A stretch of DNA of 64,000 nt, from positions 96,001 through 160,000 of the IMG/VR virus record IMGVR_UViG_641201006_000001, one strand, 5' to 3'. A model generated the notes under the pieces. The model was not told where the DNA came from and ran no database searches. It was given only the letters and a program-made list of their open reading frames with translations. Shown piece after piece: positions 38,177-48,320 of this stretch (positions are counted from its first letter, which is position 1; each line of letters begins with the position of its first letter). A program made the translations under genes and the position numbers. This stretch comes from a virus (lineage: Duplodnaviria; Caudoviricetes).

Positions 38177-39173
38177 GGGACTTGTTCTCGAATTGGTCAG
38201 TTTTCGTATGTTCCATCATCTCATCCGAGAAGACTTGAATCCACGGCATCGGGTTGCCACGTTCTTCATAGATATTATCCATGCCTAATTGACGTACACG
38301 TTTGTTTGCAAGGTACTCGATGTAGTGGTCGAACTCTTCTAAGTCTAAACCTTCGATGTCAGCTAAGATTTCGCCCGCCCACTCTTTTTCAGTTGCGACT
38401 GCTTCTTTTAAAGAGTCCACAATGTACTGTGCATTCTCTTGTGTATTTAGTTCCGGATTCTCTGTTAGCAATCTACGGATCAATAAGCCGATGAAGTATG
38501 CATGTTGCATTTCATCACGCTGGATATATGAAATCATTGTACTCGACTTCATCATCTTCTGTTGACTCGCAAGCCAGTAGAAGAAGGCGAATCCTGAATA
38601 GAAGTAGATACCTTCTAAATTAATAGACTGCACCAGCATACGGAACAAGTTTTGTAAGGAAGGATTCTCTGCGAAGTCCTCATATACATCTAATACAAGT
38701 TTGTTACGTTTCGCTAATACAGGGTGTTTCATTGTTTCATTGAAGTATTGATTCTGAACAGGTAAGCGTACAAGTGAACTTGTAATGTAAGAATACGAAG
38801 TTGTATGTGTTGCTTCCTGCTGTGCGATAAATGCAGAGATGTTTGCAAGTGCAGAGTTCGTTGTGAATCGAATCACTTCAAGAATTGCTTTTACTTGTAA
38901 ACTATCAAGGCAAGCAAGTGCAGTACCGACACGCAAGAATGTATCTTGCTCAATTGGAGTCAGTGAATCCCACATCTTCTCGTCTTCTTTCATCTTGATC
39001 TCTACAGGACGCCAGAAGTTTGCTTCTAGTGTTTGACTAATGTCGTACCAAATCTCATCTTCATCGTTCCAGTTTAGTAATCCGGAACATTCTCCGCCAA
39101 CGATTTTCGTTCCACGGTTCGGATGACTTGGTTCTAGTAGTCTAGGTCTTTTCAGTGTTGCAATAGGGTTCAT
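38130..39173 (-). CDS. nrdF: Ribonucleotide reductase class I beta subunit
   Basis: FWRPVEI, LDSLQ, EATH..SY, LEGIYFYSGF, RDEMQH. Confidence 0.92.
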   Translation of the reverse strand: MNPIATLKRPRLLEPSHPNRGTKIVGGECSGLLNWNDEDEIWYDISQTLEANFWRPVEIKMKEDEKMWDSLTPIEQDTFLRVGTALACLDSLQVKAILEVIRFTTNSALANISAFIAQQEATHTTSYSYITSSLVRLPVQNQYFNETMKHPVLAKRNKLVLDVYEDFAENPSLQNLFRMLVQSINLEGIYFYSGFAFFYWLASQQKMMKSSTMISYIQRDEMQHAYFIGLLIRRLLTENPELNTQENAQYIVDSLKEAVATEKEWAGEILADIEGLDLEEFDHYIEYLANKRVRQLGMDNIYEERGNPMPWIQVFSDEMMEHTKTDQFENKSRDYSGATKKNNFASL

Positions 39174-39227
39174 CGGTATTACCTCCATATAAAGTCCCGC
39201 CCTGAAAATGGGCGGGTTCAGTTAGTT

Positions 39228-41531
39228 TTATGCGTGACACGCTTCGCAATCAGCTTTTAATTTCTGTGATTCACCTTTTACGTAGTAAGTTGTTTTGATT
39301 CCCAACTTATGTGCCGTCTTATGGATGTTTAACAGTTCAGCACCGTCAATGTCGCTTGCAACATATAAGTTAAAGCTAATAGATTGGTCAATGTGACGTT
39401 GCTTCTTCGCCGTTTGTTTAACGCTCCATAACTGGTCAATGTGATGACGAGTCTTACGATACACATTGTACGTGTTATGGTCTAAGCCCGGAGCCGTAAC
39501 TTTAAACTTGAAGTTACCTTTCTCCTCTGCACCTTCAACCGCTGTGATTGGATCGTTACCGTCAGTAGAGCCACCAACTTTAGCAGTCGTTGCATTCGGA
39601 GCAAGTGCCATCATCCAGCCATTACGTACGCCGAACTTCGCAACCTTCTCTTTTAACGCTTTCCACTTAGCAGATACATAGTCACGTTGGTCGAAGTATT
39701 CACCAGTATGCCATGCAGAACCTTCGAAGTATTTGTAAGTACCTTTCTCTTTTGCAAGCTCTACGCTTGAGTCGATTACATGGTACGCAAACTCTTCATA
39801 TAATGTATCCGCATAATTTACTGCTGCTTCTGATTCCCAATCTAATCCTAAGATAGCAAGTAGATGATGCCATCCATATGCACCCATTCCAATTGGACGG
39901 TAGCGTTTGTTTGTTATACCAGCTTGCAGTACGCTGATTGTATTGATGTCGATAATGTTATCAAGCATACGAGTAACGATGCGAATAACACGAGCTAATA
40001 CACCAGCCGGTACAGCTTTCGCTAAGTTCACTGATGCTAAGTTACATACAACGTATTCGCCCGGAGAACGTACCATATGGATATTCTCATTTTCGTCAAT
40101 GTACTCGCCAATAATCATAGATGAAACCTGATTCTGTGCGATTTCTGTACAAAGGTTAGAACAATAAATCGCTGTACGACCAATACCATGAACGTGTTTG
40201 TTCGGGTTCATACGGTTTACTTGGTCACGATAGAACATATAAGGCATTCCCGTTTCAAGCTGAATTTCCATAATGCGAACCATGATGTCCATTGCACGAT
40301 GTGTGTCACGAGGTAGTAACGGGTTGTTTACTGCTTCCATATACTTCTCTTCGTAATACTTCGTATCCTTTTCATCATAGAAGTCATCTAGCGTTAATAG
40401 GTTACCATTCTCATCTTTCCATTGCATGTGTTGTTTGATTTGATGAGGACAGAATGTATGCCATTGACCGATTGAACGACCATTTTCATCAACCTCATCT
40501 AACTTCTTCATGAATAGATCCGGTACAGCTACACCTGTGAAGATTTCCCTTGCACGGTCAGCTTCGTCACCATTGTTCAGTCCTAGTTCAAGGAACTTCA
40601 TAATGTCCTTGTGGTCTAGACACATATAGATAGCGAATGCACCTTTACGTTGTCCTAACTGGTCAACTGTGATTGCCGTTTGGTTAAACATCTTAATCCA
40701 CGGCGTTGTACCTGATGATTTACCTTCGAATCCTTTGATTGGTGAACCCAATGCACGAACCTTACTAAAGTATAAGGCAACGCCTCCGCCATCTTTTGAT
40801 AGACGAGCAGCATCCATGTTTGATAGATAGATACCATCTAAGCTATCATCCACTTTATCTATGAAGCAACTAGATAATTGACCGTAGCTCTTACCTGCGT
40901 TAGCGAACGTTGGAGTTGCCGCCGTTGCATATAAGTTACTTAGCGCCCAGTATAATTCTTTGATGTGCGCTAAACGAGTTGCTTTTGGTTCATTAATCAT
41001 TGTTGTTACAGCAATCATCATCAGACGTTCCTGTGGTAACTCGTATAGGCTACCTTGATAATCTGTAGCAGCATAGCGGTCATTTAATAAGAACAACCCA
41101 ATGAAGTTAAATAAACTATCCTTGCTAGGGTCAATCATTCTACCAATCTCATTAATCTCTTCTTCGCTGTACGACGCTAAGATAGCTGGTGAATAGATTC
41201 CCATCTCTGTCAACGTCTTAATTAACTTATAGAAGCTGCCGTATTTTAAGGAACGGCTGTATCCTCGGTTTTCTGATGCCGTTTTGTACATTTGTTGTAG
41301 TTTCATGTTCGCTGCAACGAATGTCCAATCAGGCGCACCCATGTCGATGTTATTTAAGGCATAGAAGATAGAGTTATGAAGTGCTTTATCTTCCGTATGA
41401 GATAAACGTTTTACCTTCTCAATGATCTTCGTTGCGTCAAGGTTGTACTCTTTCGACGCTCGTTCTAATTCTACGACTACGCTTGCAATGACTTCTTCAC
41501 TATGTTCAACTGTAGGGCTTACTGGGTTCAT
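39228..41531 (-). CDS. nrdE: Ribonucleotide reductase class I alpha subunit
   Basis: ATPT, QLSSC, SNLCTEI, VCNLAS, TTYY, C-terminal CEACHA. Confidence 0.93.
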   Translation of the reverse strand: MNPVSPTVEHSEEVIASVVVELERASKEYNLDATKIIEKVKRLSHTEDKALHNSIFYALNNIDMGAPDWTFVAANMKLQQMYKTASENRGYSRSLKYGSFYKLIKTLTEMGIYSPAILASYSEEEINEIGRMIDPSKDSLFNFIGLFLLNDRYAATDYQGSLYELPQERLMMIAVTTMINEPKATRLAHIKELYWALSNLYATAATPTFANAGKSYGQLSSCFIDKVDDSLDGIYLSNMDAARLSKDGGGVALYFSKVRALGSPIKGFEGKSSGTTPWIKMFNQTAITVDQLGQRKGAFAIYMCLDHKDIMKFLELGLNNGDEADRAREIFTGVAVPDLFMKKLDEVDENGRSIGQWHTFCPHQIKQHMQWKDENGNLLTLDDFYDEKDTKYYEEKYMEAVNNPLLPRDTHRAMDIMVRIMEIQLETGMPYMFYRDQVNRMNPNKHVHGIGRTAIYCSNLCTEIAQNQVSSMIIGEYIDENENIHMVRSPGEYVVCNLASVNLAKAVPAGVLARVIRIVTRMLDNIIDINTISVLQAGITNKRYRPIGMGAYGWHHLLAILGLDWESEAAVNYADTLYEEFAYHVIDSSVELAKEKGTYKYFEGSAWHTGEYFDQRDYVSAKWKALKEKVAKFGVRNGWMMALAPNATTAKVGGSTDGNDPITAVEGAEEKGNFKFKVTAPGLDHNTYNVYRKTRHHIDQLWSVKQTAKKQRHIDQSISFNLYVASDIDGAELLNIHKTAHKLGIKTTYYVKGESQKLKADCEACHA

Positions 41532-41547
41532 CTTTCTGTCTCTCTCC

Positions 41548-41736
41548 TTATATGTCCAATTTCTTGTTACATTTAGTGCATATGTAATTCACATGTGTCT
41601 CGACTGACGGGTGAACGATATGTTGTTCATCCTGTCTTCGCTGACGCAACCCTTTGGGAAGAGTCACAATTTTCTCTTCCCGAAAGTCTGCGCCGCCACA
41701 TTTACATCGAATAAACTCTTCGTAAATTGCTGCCAT
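41548..41736 (-). CDS. Small Zn-ribbon protein
   Basis: CKCG...CTKC. Confidence 0.6.
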   Translation of the reverse strand: MAAIYEEFIRCKCGGADFREEKIVTLPKGLRQRRQDEQHIVHPSVETHVNYICTKCNKKLDI

Positions 41737-41737
41737 A

Positions 41738-42376
41738 CTATTCCCCTGCTTTCTTCTTCAAGCGTAATACTTCTTTATGAAGCTCCTCGGCTGTCGCCTT
41801 AAATACATCTCGTTCGTTCTCTAGGTGGCGATTCTCTGCTCGTAGCATCTTAATCTCATGCACCATATCACATATCACATCGAAGTCTTGAGCCACATAT
41901 GTCTTACCTGATTGGTCATTCTTATAACGGAATGGTAATGCAGGATATGTACCATATGTCTTCGCTTCCTCTTCGATCTTCTCTAGCATCGTCTTTGGAA
42001 TCGTCATGGTCTTCTCACCTTTGGAGTTCACCGTACCACGTTCCTTACACTCTGCTAGAATAACCGTATCAGCTACGTCACCCGGCATGAACCATATGTT
42101 ACCGGAACCAAGTTGTCTACGTGCTTGCCATTCCTTTACGGAAGGTAAAGCATTCAACTTCGCGGCTACATATTCCTCAAGTGTCTCACCTGAGTTGTCC
42201 GTTATAGAAGTGACCATGTTACGGTTAATCTTCGAATGTGCTTTCTTACGTTCTTTATCTCCGGGTAATTTTAAGAATCGTTGGTCAGGGCCACACTGCA
42301 AACATTTACTGTTATTCTTACAGCGATTATAATACTCGCAATCCCAAATATCAGTCACGTTTACGCCCCTTTCCAC
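41738..42376 (-). CDS. Hjc-like PD-(D/E)xK resolvase/nuclease
   Basis: GSG...PGDV...LAECK. Confidence 0.65.
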   Translation of the reverse strand: MERGVNVTDIWDCEYYNRCKNNSKCLQCGPDQRFLKLPGDKERKKAHSKINRNMVTSITDNSGETLEEYVAAKLNALPSVKEWQARRQLGSGNIWFMPGDVADTVILAECKERGTVNSKGEKTMTIPKTMLEKIEEEAKTYGTYPALPFRYKNDQSGKTYVAQDFDVICDMVHEIKMLRAENRHLENERDVFKATAEELHKEVLRLKKKAGE

Positions 42377-42890
42377 GACCTACGTCGCCTCGTCCTTGTG
42401 CATCCAGTTTCAATGCACCGTTGCCATTGACCATCTTATCACTCTTCTTGAGCAAGTTGTCGATAACAGAATCCATAAACTCTGCTCTCTCCTCCCATCG
42501 CTCTACAAGCGGGATAAGTGGTTCACTATCACCCTTAAATGAAGACGTTTCTAGGTACTGTAAGATTAATGCATCTCGTTCATCTACCGTCATACCTGCT
42601 TTCTTTTTGAAAGTCAGCTTGAGTTGTTTCTTGGCATTTGATAAACGAGTAGAATAACGCTTGAGCATCTTCTTCGCATATCCATAATCAAACCTTGCAC
42701 GAGTATATACTTCGTCAATCTCGGAGTTGATGATTAAAATATCAGTCGCATCGAGATCGGCGGGAACTTCAATTGCTTGAACAGCGTCAATGTAGTAATC
42801 TTCGAACTCATCCCACTGGTCATCGGTTACTTTCCGTATGTCCAGCTTTCCTTCGTCGTCACTTACACGCTGTTGTTTCTTCTTATCCAT
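42351..42890 (-). CDS. Helical coiled-coil protein (UvsY-like?)
   Basis: AAGGAGG RBS; helical; next to a resolvase. Confidence 0.4.
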   Translation of the reverse strand: MDKKKQQRVSDDEGKLDIRKVTDDQWDEFEDYYIDAVQAIEVPADLDATDILIINSEIDEVYTRARFDYGYAKKMLKRYSTRLSNAKKQLKLTFKKKAGMTVDERDALILQYLETSSFKGDSEPLIPLVERWEERAEFMDSVIDNLLKKSDKMVNGNGALKLDAQGRGDVGRGKGRKRD

Positions 42891-42915
42891 TGCACAACCT
42901 CCTTGTTATTACGAG

Positions 42916-43503
42916 TTAGAAGGGATGGATAATCTCTACGACTTCATCAATCGTCTTATCAGACGTGTCGATATGGAACATAGATAGTTTTGGTTGACCC
43001 GCATGTTCCTTCTCAAACGCAAACAGGACTTCATCATACTTCGCTTGTTGCTTCATGATCTCCTGCACGTTTTCGGGAATCGCATCAAAAAGGTCAACCT
43101 TCTCACGATTGATTCTATGGATTAATTCCTGTTCATCTGAGTGATGTAGGTAATATATCTCTACTTCGTCAAACACTTCGAATAACTCCTTGCAGAACAT
43201 TTCGTAATGCGTATCGAAGTCATACTGTTTATACAGTTGAGAATATACCATCTCACTAAAGAAGAAGCGGTCAAAGATGAACACCATATCTTTTGTAAGC
43301 CTTTGGTTTTCTTTCATCTTCTGGAACATATCAAAGAATCCTCTGTAATATGTTGCTATCTTGAGTAAGCCATCTAGACCATCGTCGCTGAAACCAGTTG
43401 GATTAATCCATGTGCTTCCCCATATTTCTTCTCGTAGTCGTCTTGAAACTGTGGACTTCCCGGTTGCCCTCGGCCCTTCTAACATAATTGCCTTCAACGA
43501 CAT
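42916..43503 (-). CDS. Deoxynucleoside monophosphate/thymidylate kinase
   Basis: LEGPRATGKST, FDRFFFSEMVY. Confidence 0.8.
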   Translation of the reverse strand: MSLKAIMLEGPRATGKSTVSRRLREEIWGSTWINPTGFSDDGLDGLLKIATYYRGFFDMFQKMKENQRLTKDMVFIFDRFFFSEMVYSQLYKQYDFDTHYEMFCKELFEVFDEVEIYYLHHSDEQELIHRINREKVDLFDAIPENVQEIMKQQAKYDEVLFAFEKEHAGQPKLSMFHIDTSDKTIDEVVEIIHPF

Positions 43504-43575
43504 CTCCTCCTAACGAATATACTGTCACAATTGAGAGTCCATAAAAGAAGTTTACGATAAAACGCATCGTAAACT

Positions 43576-43950
43576 CTAATGTAATGGATTATAGGAATCA
43601 TCATGCAGTTGCACATTTTGACGTAAATGAATCAAAACTGTCTGCACTTCTTGTGATGCTCGCTCTAAGTTTGCTATCGCAAGTTCAGCTTTCTCAATCA
43701 GGTTCGGTAACTCTTCCTCGTCGTTACCCGTGTATAGAATCACGTTTGGCTGGGACTGTGAAGATGTTTCTTGAATCTGTAGTTTACCCTGTTCCACTAG
43801 CGTTTTAATCGCACGATGAACAGTTGCATTGGAGTACCCAGTCTTTTCACCGATACTCATAACAGATTCTTGCAACTTGCCGCCAAGATGATTCCATTTG
43901 ATATATCTCAAAATGTCATGTAATGTTCGCTTATTATTAGTCATACGCAT
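43576..43950 (-). CDS. Winged HTH DNA-binding protein
   Basis: SVMSIGEKTGYSNATVHRAIKTLVEQG. Confidence 0.75.
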   Translation of the reverse strand: MRMTNNKRTLHDILRYIKWNHLGGKLQESVMSIGEKTGYSNATVHRAIKTLVEQGKLQIQETSSQSQPNVILYTGNDEEELPNLIEKAELAIANLERASQEVQTVLIHLRQNVQLHDDSYNPLH

Positions 43951-43998
43951 AATACGTCACCACTCCTACTATATGTTGTGGCTCGGTCATGTAAAATC

Positions 43999-44027
43999 AG
44001 TATACTATGCTAGAAAAAATTCAGCAA
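43999..44027 (-). promoter_or_regulatory. SigA-type promoter
   Basis: TTGCTG-N17-TATACT upstream of the HTH gene. Confidence 0.55.
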
Positions 44028-44029
44028 TC

Positions 44030-44575
44030 TTAAAACACCTTATTTTTCTTAGCCTTACGAAGTTCAGTCGTCAGACGTTGCTTCGGTTCTTTTGCGGTTT
44101 TGTCCGTTAGGATAGAGATGCTTTCTTGCATATCAATCACTTGTTTATCTGTTGCTAATTCTACCTTATCGAAGAAGATAACTAAGTTAGGGGATAACAT
44201 AGCAAGCATCTTCTCGACGATAGCTTTTCTTTCTTCTTGCTTACGTTTTGTTTTTACGAAGCGAAGATGCAGATAATACACGTCATCTTCTGTGAGATTC
44301 ATGCGCTTCCACGCTGCTCTCAGTTTATCCGCACACTCTTTTGAAATTGGATCTTTTGTCACAACGACAATCTTCGGATTATATGAACCCGTACCAAACT
44401 CAATGATTGCATTCGGGAATTTCTTTCTTGCCATCATATGCAGGTCATCAATGCGCACATGCGTGCGAAGATAATCCAGTGCATACTTACGGTCTTCTTT
44501 CTCTTGCCCTTTTGTTACAGCTAGTAAACTACTTTGAATACTTTTCATAAACTCTTTGTCTGTTGAACGATACAT
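44030..44575 (-). CDS. Uracil-DNA glycosylase-fold protein (probably degenerate)
   Basis: FGTGSYNPKIVVV...L...DVYY...LSPNLVIF resembles family-4 UDG. Confidence 0.5.
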   Translation of the reverse strand: MYRSTDKEFMKSIQSSLLAVTKGQEKEDRKYALDYLRTHVRIDDLHMMARKKFPNAIIEFGTGSYNPKIVVVTKDPISKECADKLRAAWKRMNLTEDDVYYLHLRFVKTKRKQEERKAIVEKMLAMLSPNLVIFFDKVELATDKQVIDMQESISILTDKTAKEPKQRLTTELRKAKKNKVF

Positions 44576-44586
44576 ACTATCTCTCC

Positions 44587-45024
44587 TCACCAATAACTCA
44601 TTATTGTCATCATCATAATATAGTAAACGAAGACGATGAACAACTCGCCCCATCCTCCTGTTTTAAACTTCGCTAATGAATACATTTTCTTAGACGGCCA
44701 TAGCAAAGGTACGCCTTTCTTATTGAATAAATCTAGCAATAAATGTGTCATGTATCCTACGAAAAACATGAAGATAAAGCTAGGTACGATGAAGAGGAGA
44801 CTGAATATGACTGCACCTAGAAGAGAATGCGTAAAATTCTTCCTGTGTGGTTTAAAGAATAACCATAATGGAATCACCCTACCTAAATACGATTGTTTTA
44901 AATCCGTATCGGCAAATAATCCTCCGGCTGTACATATCAGTATATAAAACGGGTGTAGCTCCAATTTAGATGCCAATGCACCGCCTGTAATAGCAGCAAC
45001 GGCAATATGTGCTTTACCTGTCAT
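44587..45024 (-). CDS. YdjM/DUF457 membrane-bound metal-dependent hydrolase
   Basis: MTGKAH, ADTD, HR..THSL, GYMTHLLLD...GVPLLWP. Confidence 0.8.
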   Translation of the reverse strand: MTGKAHIAVAAITGGALASKLELHPFYILICTAGGLFADTDLKQSYLGRVIPLWLFFKPHRKNFTHSLLGAVIFSLLFIVPSFIFMFFVGYMTHLLLDLFNKKGVPLLWPSKKMYSLAKFKTGGWGELFIVFVYYIMMMTIMSYW

Positions 45025-45052
45025 ACCATCCCCTCTCTCGGCTTATTACACC

Positions 45053-45082
45053 TAGTATAGACAAATGTAATACTCTTTATTC
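45053..45082 (-). promoter_or_regulatory. SigG-like promoter
   Basis: GAATA-N18-TATACTA. Confidence 0.4.
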
Positions 45083-46219
45083 AAAGAATGTAACAGTATA
45101 TTTACCCGGTGTATATTTCGGCTCAATGTCTGTTACGGTATGTGAATGCGATACAAGTTTCTGTGTGATCTGTACCGTCATTGGTAACTTTAATTCATGT
45201 GCTAATTCTTTTGCACGTTTCACTGCCGCACCTTTTGTTTCGAATCCACCTTCTTGTAGTTCCATGTTTGTGTATTCAAACTCATTACGACTAAGCGGGA
45301 TACGTGTACCATAAGAATAAATCTCATAGTAAGTCTTCCACTTTCTTGTGCCTTCTGTTGGATAATCCCACGATGTACATAGCTTCGTTTCCTCTGCCGG
45401 CATCGCTGTATTAATCGCACAAATGCGACCCATATCCACATCTTCTAAGTCTGCCGCTACACGAGCAGCGTGATTACGACTTAACGCTTCTACCTGTATC
45501 TTATTATCCTTTCTAGAGCCAATTAAGATACTTGGTAAAGGTTTGTTATTCGGTTCTTCTTTCTTAGCACCTAGTGTTCTCTTCCCAACCGGTACTCCGC
45601 TTTTTGTTTTTGCTACTGGCTTCTTCTTCGTTTTTGGTAATGGTTTCTTTGTTGGTGTAGCCAATTGACTCGCTCCTTTCAGGTTATCGTAAATATCTTG
45701 GTCATCTAGTCCTAACTTAGACTGTGTAAATGCTCTTGTTGGATTGTAATGATCCCATTCATGAAACAGTAATTGCAACTGACGACGGCTCTCTTGTTCT
45801 TTTCGTTTTTCCGCCTGTGGACGCTTCCACTGTTTCGGTTTCTTATTATCATATGTTAACTGTGCTGACGTCATTTTTATCGGTTCTTGACCTGCACGAA
45901 CCTTATCTAAGCGTGCTAAAAATATCTGCGTATGCACAAGCGGGCCAGCTTTCAATAATTTAATCTGATGTGCCAGTGCCGCATGAAGTTTTTTAAATCC
46001 TTTTCCGTCCGATGTCATAAACGAATGACCGCTTACCCAATGTCTAATATGTGTAATTGCAGTACGCTCCCACGCAAGAGTTTCTTCTTGGCGGTTTATC
46101 TTCACTTGATGATTGATGGCAAATTGATGCTGATTATATCTCTTACCATCTGTTGTAATAAATACTTGTCTTCCTTTCGCATCTATTTCAGATTCGAGAC
46201 GGTCAAATAAGATTGCCAT
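45077..46219 (-). CDS. Hypothetical basic protein with two N-terminal T.DGK.....A..HQ repeats
   Basis: TTDGKRYNQHQFAINHQ and TSDGKGFKKLHAALAHQ. Confidence 0.6.
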   Translation of the reverse strand: MAILFDRLESEIDAKGRQVFITTDGKRYNQHQFAINHQVKINRQEETLAWERTAITHIRHWVSGHSFMTSDGKGFKKLHAALAHQIKLLKAGPLVHTQIFLARLDKVRAGQEPIKMTSAQLTYDNKKPKQWKRPQAEKRKEQESRRQLQLLFHEWDHYNPTRAFTQSKLGLDDQDIYDNLKGASQLATPTKKPLPKTKKKPVAKTKSGVPVGKRTLGAKKEEPNNKPLPSILIGSRKDNKIQVEALSRNHAARVAADLEDVDMGRICAINTAMPAEETKLCTSWDYPTEGTRKWKTYYEIYSYGTRIPLSRNEFEYTNMELQEGGFETKGAAVKRAKELAHELKLPMTVQITQKLVSHSHTVTDIEPKYTPGKYTVTFFE

Positions 46220-46679
46220 TTTTAATTCGCTCCCTCACATTCATAATCATGATGCCGAGGCGATTCTTACCTTTGCCGGTTACACTTTGACCCCAGTATC
46301 TATCTCTATCGCTATGATGAATCAGTTCCTTATCACCAGTGCTTAATAATAATGTTCGTAGCCATTCATGTTGCTTGAACTTATGTATTAGTCCGACAAA
46401 CATGACATGCTCTTTCATGACATCCCAATCCTCATGAATAGGATAATCCGTACGCTGACCTAATCGTCTTGCTTCAAAAGGATTGTTTGTCGCTAGAATC
46501 TCCTCTACCGGTTCCAAATCAATAAACTTCTGCGCATGATAATAATGTTCTAACGTCGGATATTCTGTGCCAGCAATGACAACAGGGTGTTTACTCATAC
46601 AACTAAACTCCGAGTAGTTATCTGACCCGGAGTAAAATCGAATGGCGTTACTTTTTATATTTGCTTTCAACGTGTTCAA
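46203..46679 (-). CDS. NADAR (YbiA-like) protein
   Basis: YPTLEHYYHAQKF, KFKQH, LLSTG, DRYWG, GKNRLG. Confidence 0.88.
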   Translation of the reverse strand: MNTLKANIKSNAIRFYSGSDNYSEFSCMSKHPVVIAGTEYPTLEHYYHAQKFIDLEPVEEILATNNPFEARRLGQRTDYPIHEDWDVMKEHVMFVGLIHKFKQHEWLRTLLLSTGDKELIHHSDRDRYWGQSVTGKGKNRLGIMIMNVRERIKNGNLI

Positions 46680-46971
46680 CCTCCTTCGCTATCTTCAAGA
46701 AATTACGACGAGACACGAGAACACGATACTCTGTCTCTACAAGCTGTTTATCTAACGTCACATATACCATGACCATATCATCTTGTAAGTGACTATTGTT
46801 GTGATACCAAAACGATGCCGTATAAAGAGACGGATCGCTGTCGATAAACTTATAGCCTAATTCGATTCGCTTACCAATCATTTTATTAAAGGTTTCTTTT
46901 CGTTTCCTCTTCTCTGTATTCTGAGCATCTAATATATCCTTTATAGACATATCTCTTACTTGCTTGTTCAT
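46648..46971 (-). CDS. Hypothetical protein
   Basis: Operon packing. Confidence 0.55.
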   Translation of the reverse strand: MNKQVRDMSIKDILDAQNTEKRKRKETFNKMIGKRIELGYKFIDSDPSLYTASFWYHNNSHLQDDMVMVYVTLDKQLVETEYRVLVSRRNFLKIAKEVEHVESKYKK

Positions 46972-48242
46972 AGACTCACTCCTAACCGTTTCTCAACCAT
47001 ACTTTTAAATACTACTTTCTCCGATGGATTCTGTATACTCTCAAGTATTGGTAACAGTTCATCTAAGGCTTCCATCTGTGCGTCCTGCATCTTTCTGTCG
47101 AAGTCAGATAATGTTTGTTCTGCTACGACTTGCAACGCTGGTTTTGCATTTCCTTTGATGAAGTTTAGAATCGACGCTTCGTCTTGCTTTAATTTATTCA
47201 TGACCTCTGCCGGATCCATACCAGGAGATACAACAATTTTGACACGGAATCCAAACTCAAGTAAATCTTCAATAGATTCCATCATTGCATCAAAGCCAGC
47301 AGAATCTCCATCATACCAAAAGACAAGATTGCTTGTGATTCGTTTTAGCTTTTCCATTTGTTCACGAGTAAATGCAGTACCGCATGTTGCAATACTATTT
47401 TCTAAGCCCGCTTGGTGGGCGATAATCACATCTGTATATCCTTCGAATACCATTGCATACCCTCTTGAACGAATCGCCTTACGAGCGTGTGTAAGACCAT
47501 AGAGATAATGTCTCTTCTCATAAGCCTCTGACGTATAATCGTTTAGGTACTTTGGCTGTTCATCCTTTAATGTACGATAAGCCATTGCAATTGTTTTAGA
47601 AGTCTTCAGATTGAATCCCTCCTCGACTAAACCAAATACCAATCGACCGGCAACCTTCTGACCAAATAACGGATTACTATTATCGTCCTCGCTTATGTAT
47701 CCCATGCGGAACTTCTTAATAGACTGCTTCGTAATTCCTCGGCTATACACATATTCCATGACTGCTTTATTCGCTAATAAGTTTCTGCAATACTCATAGT
47801 TCAGCTTATGTGTTTTCTTCTTCGCTTGCTCTAACTTATAGTTTACATTCGCTTTCGGCGGTGTAATTCCCGCACGCTCCATTAAAATCATACATGCTTC
47901 CGGGAAAGATACACGTTCCATATTCATAACGAACCCAATGACATTCGGGCCGCCATCCTCAATCTTATGTCCATCCGGAAGCGTTAGGATGTTGGGCTTT
48001 GTTTTCTTCTCATCCGCCCACTTACGTCCGGCACTACACTTCCTGCTAAAACAGAAATAAGACGGGTCTTCGTCCTTCTTCTCAAAGATGTGCAAGTTAC
48101 CATGCTCACCATCGTTATGAAACGGACACGTTGCCTTATTGCTGCTGTTAAATACTACTCCATATTCCTTTGCCACTTCACGTAAGTCATTTTCCTCTAA
48201 TATTTGACGAATATGATCGTCGGTTATCTTACCGATTTTCAT
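46968..48242 (-). CDS. dnaG: DnaG-type DNA primase
   Basis: CPFH...C...C zinc finger, PKYLN, EGYTDV, GTAFT, YDGDSAG, DP. Confidence 0.9.
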   Translation of the reverse strand: MKIGKITDDHIRQILEENDLREVAKEYGVVFNSSNKATCPFHNDGEHGNLHIFEKKDEDPSYFCFSRKCSAGRKWADEKKTKPNILTLPDGHKIEDGGPNVIGFVMNMERVSFPEACMILMERAGITPPKANVNYKLEQAKKKTHKLNYEYCRNLLANKAVMEYVYSRGITKQSIKKFRMGYISEDDNSNPLFGQKVAGRLVFGLVEEGFNLKTSKTIAMAYRTLKDEQPKYLNDYTSEAYEKRHYLYGLTHARKAIRSRGYAMVFEGYTDVIIAHQAGLENSIATCGTAFTREQMEKLKRITSNLVFWYDGDSAGFDAMMESIEDLLEFGFRVKIVVSPGMDPAEVMNKLKQDEASILNFIKGNAKPALQVVAEQTLSDFDRKMQDAQMEALDELLPILESIQNPSEKVVFKSMVEKRLGVSL

Positions 48243-48284
48243 GTTGCTACCTCCTTTTACATAACTGTGCGTGCGAACGCACAT

Positions 48285-48316
48285 AAAAAAGACACCCTAC
48301 AATGAGAGTGTCTTTT
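48285..48316. terminator. Bidirectional terminator
   Basis: AAAAAAGACAC...GTGTCTTTT. Confidence 0.7.
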
Positions 48317-48320
48317 GCTT

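Noticed and set aside
39228-41531. Intron or intein in the RNR alpha subunit
   Set aside because: ORF is continuous and of normal length, with no splicing motifs.
43962-43995. SigK/SigE-like CATATAGTA box before the HTH gene
   Set aside because: No -35 element at the right spacing; a SigA-like promoter explains the region.
46960-47502. Long antisense ORFs (this one, 30290-30703, 53348-53878 and others)
   Set aside because: Shadow or alternate frames of well-supported genes, without RBS or recognisable motifs.
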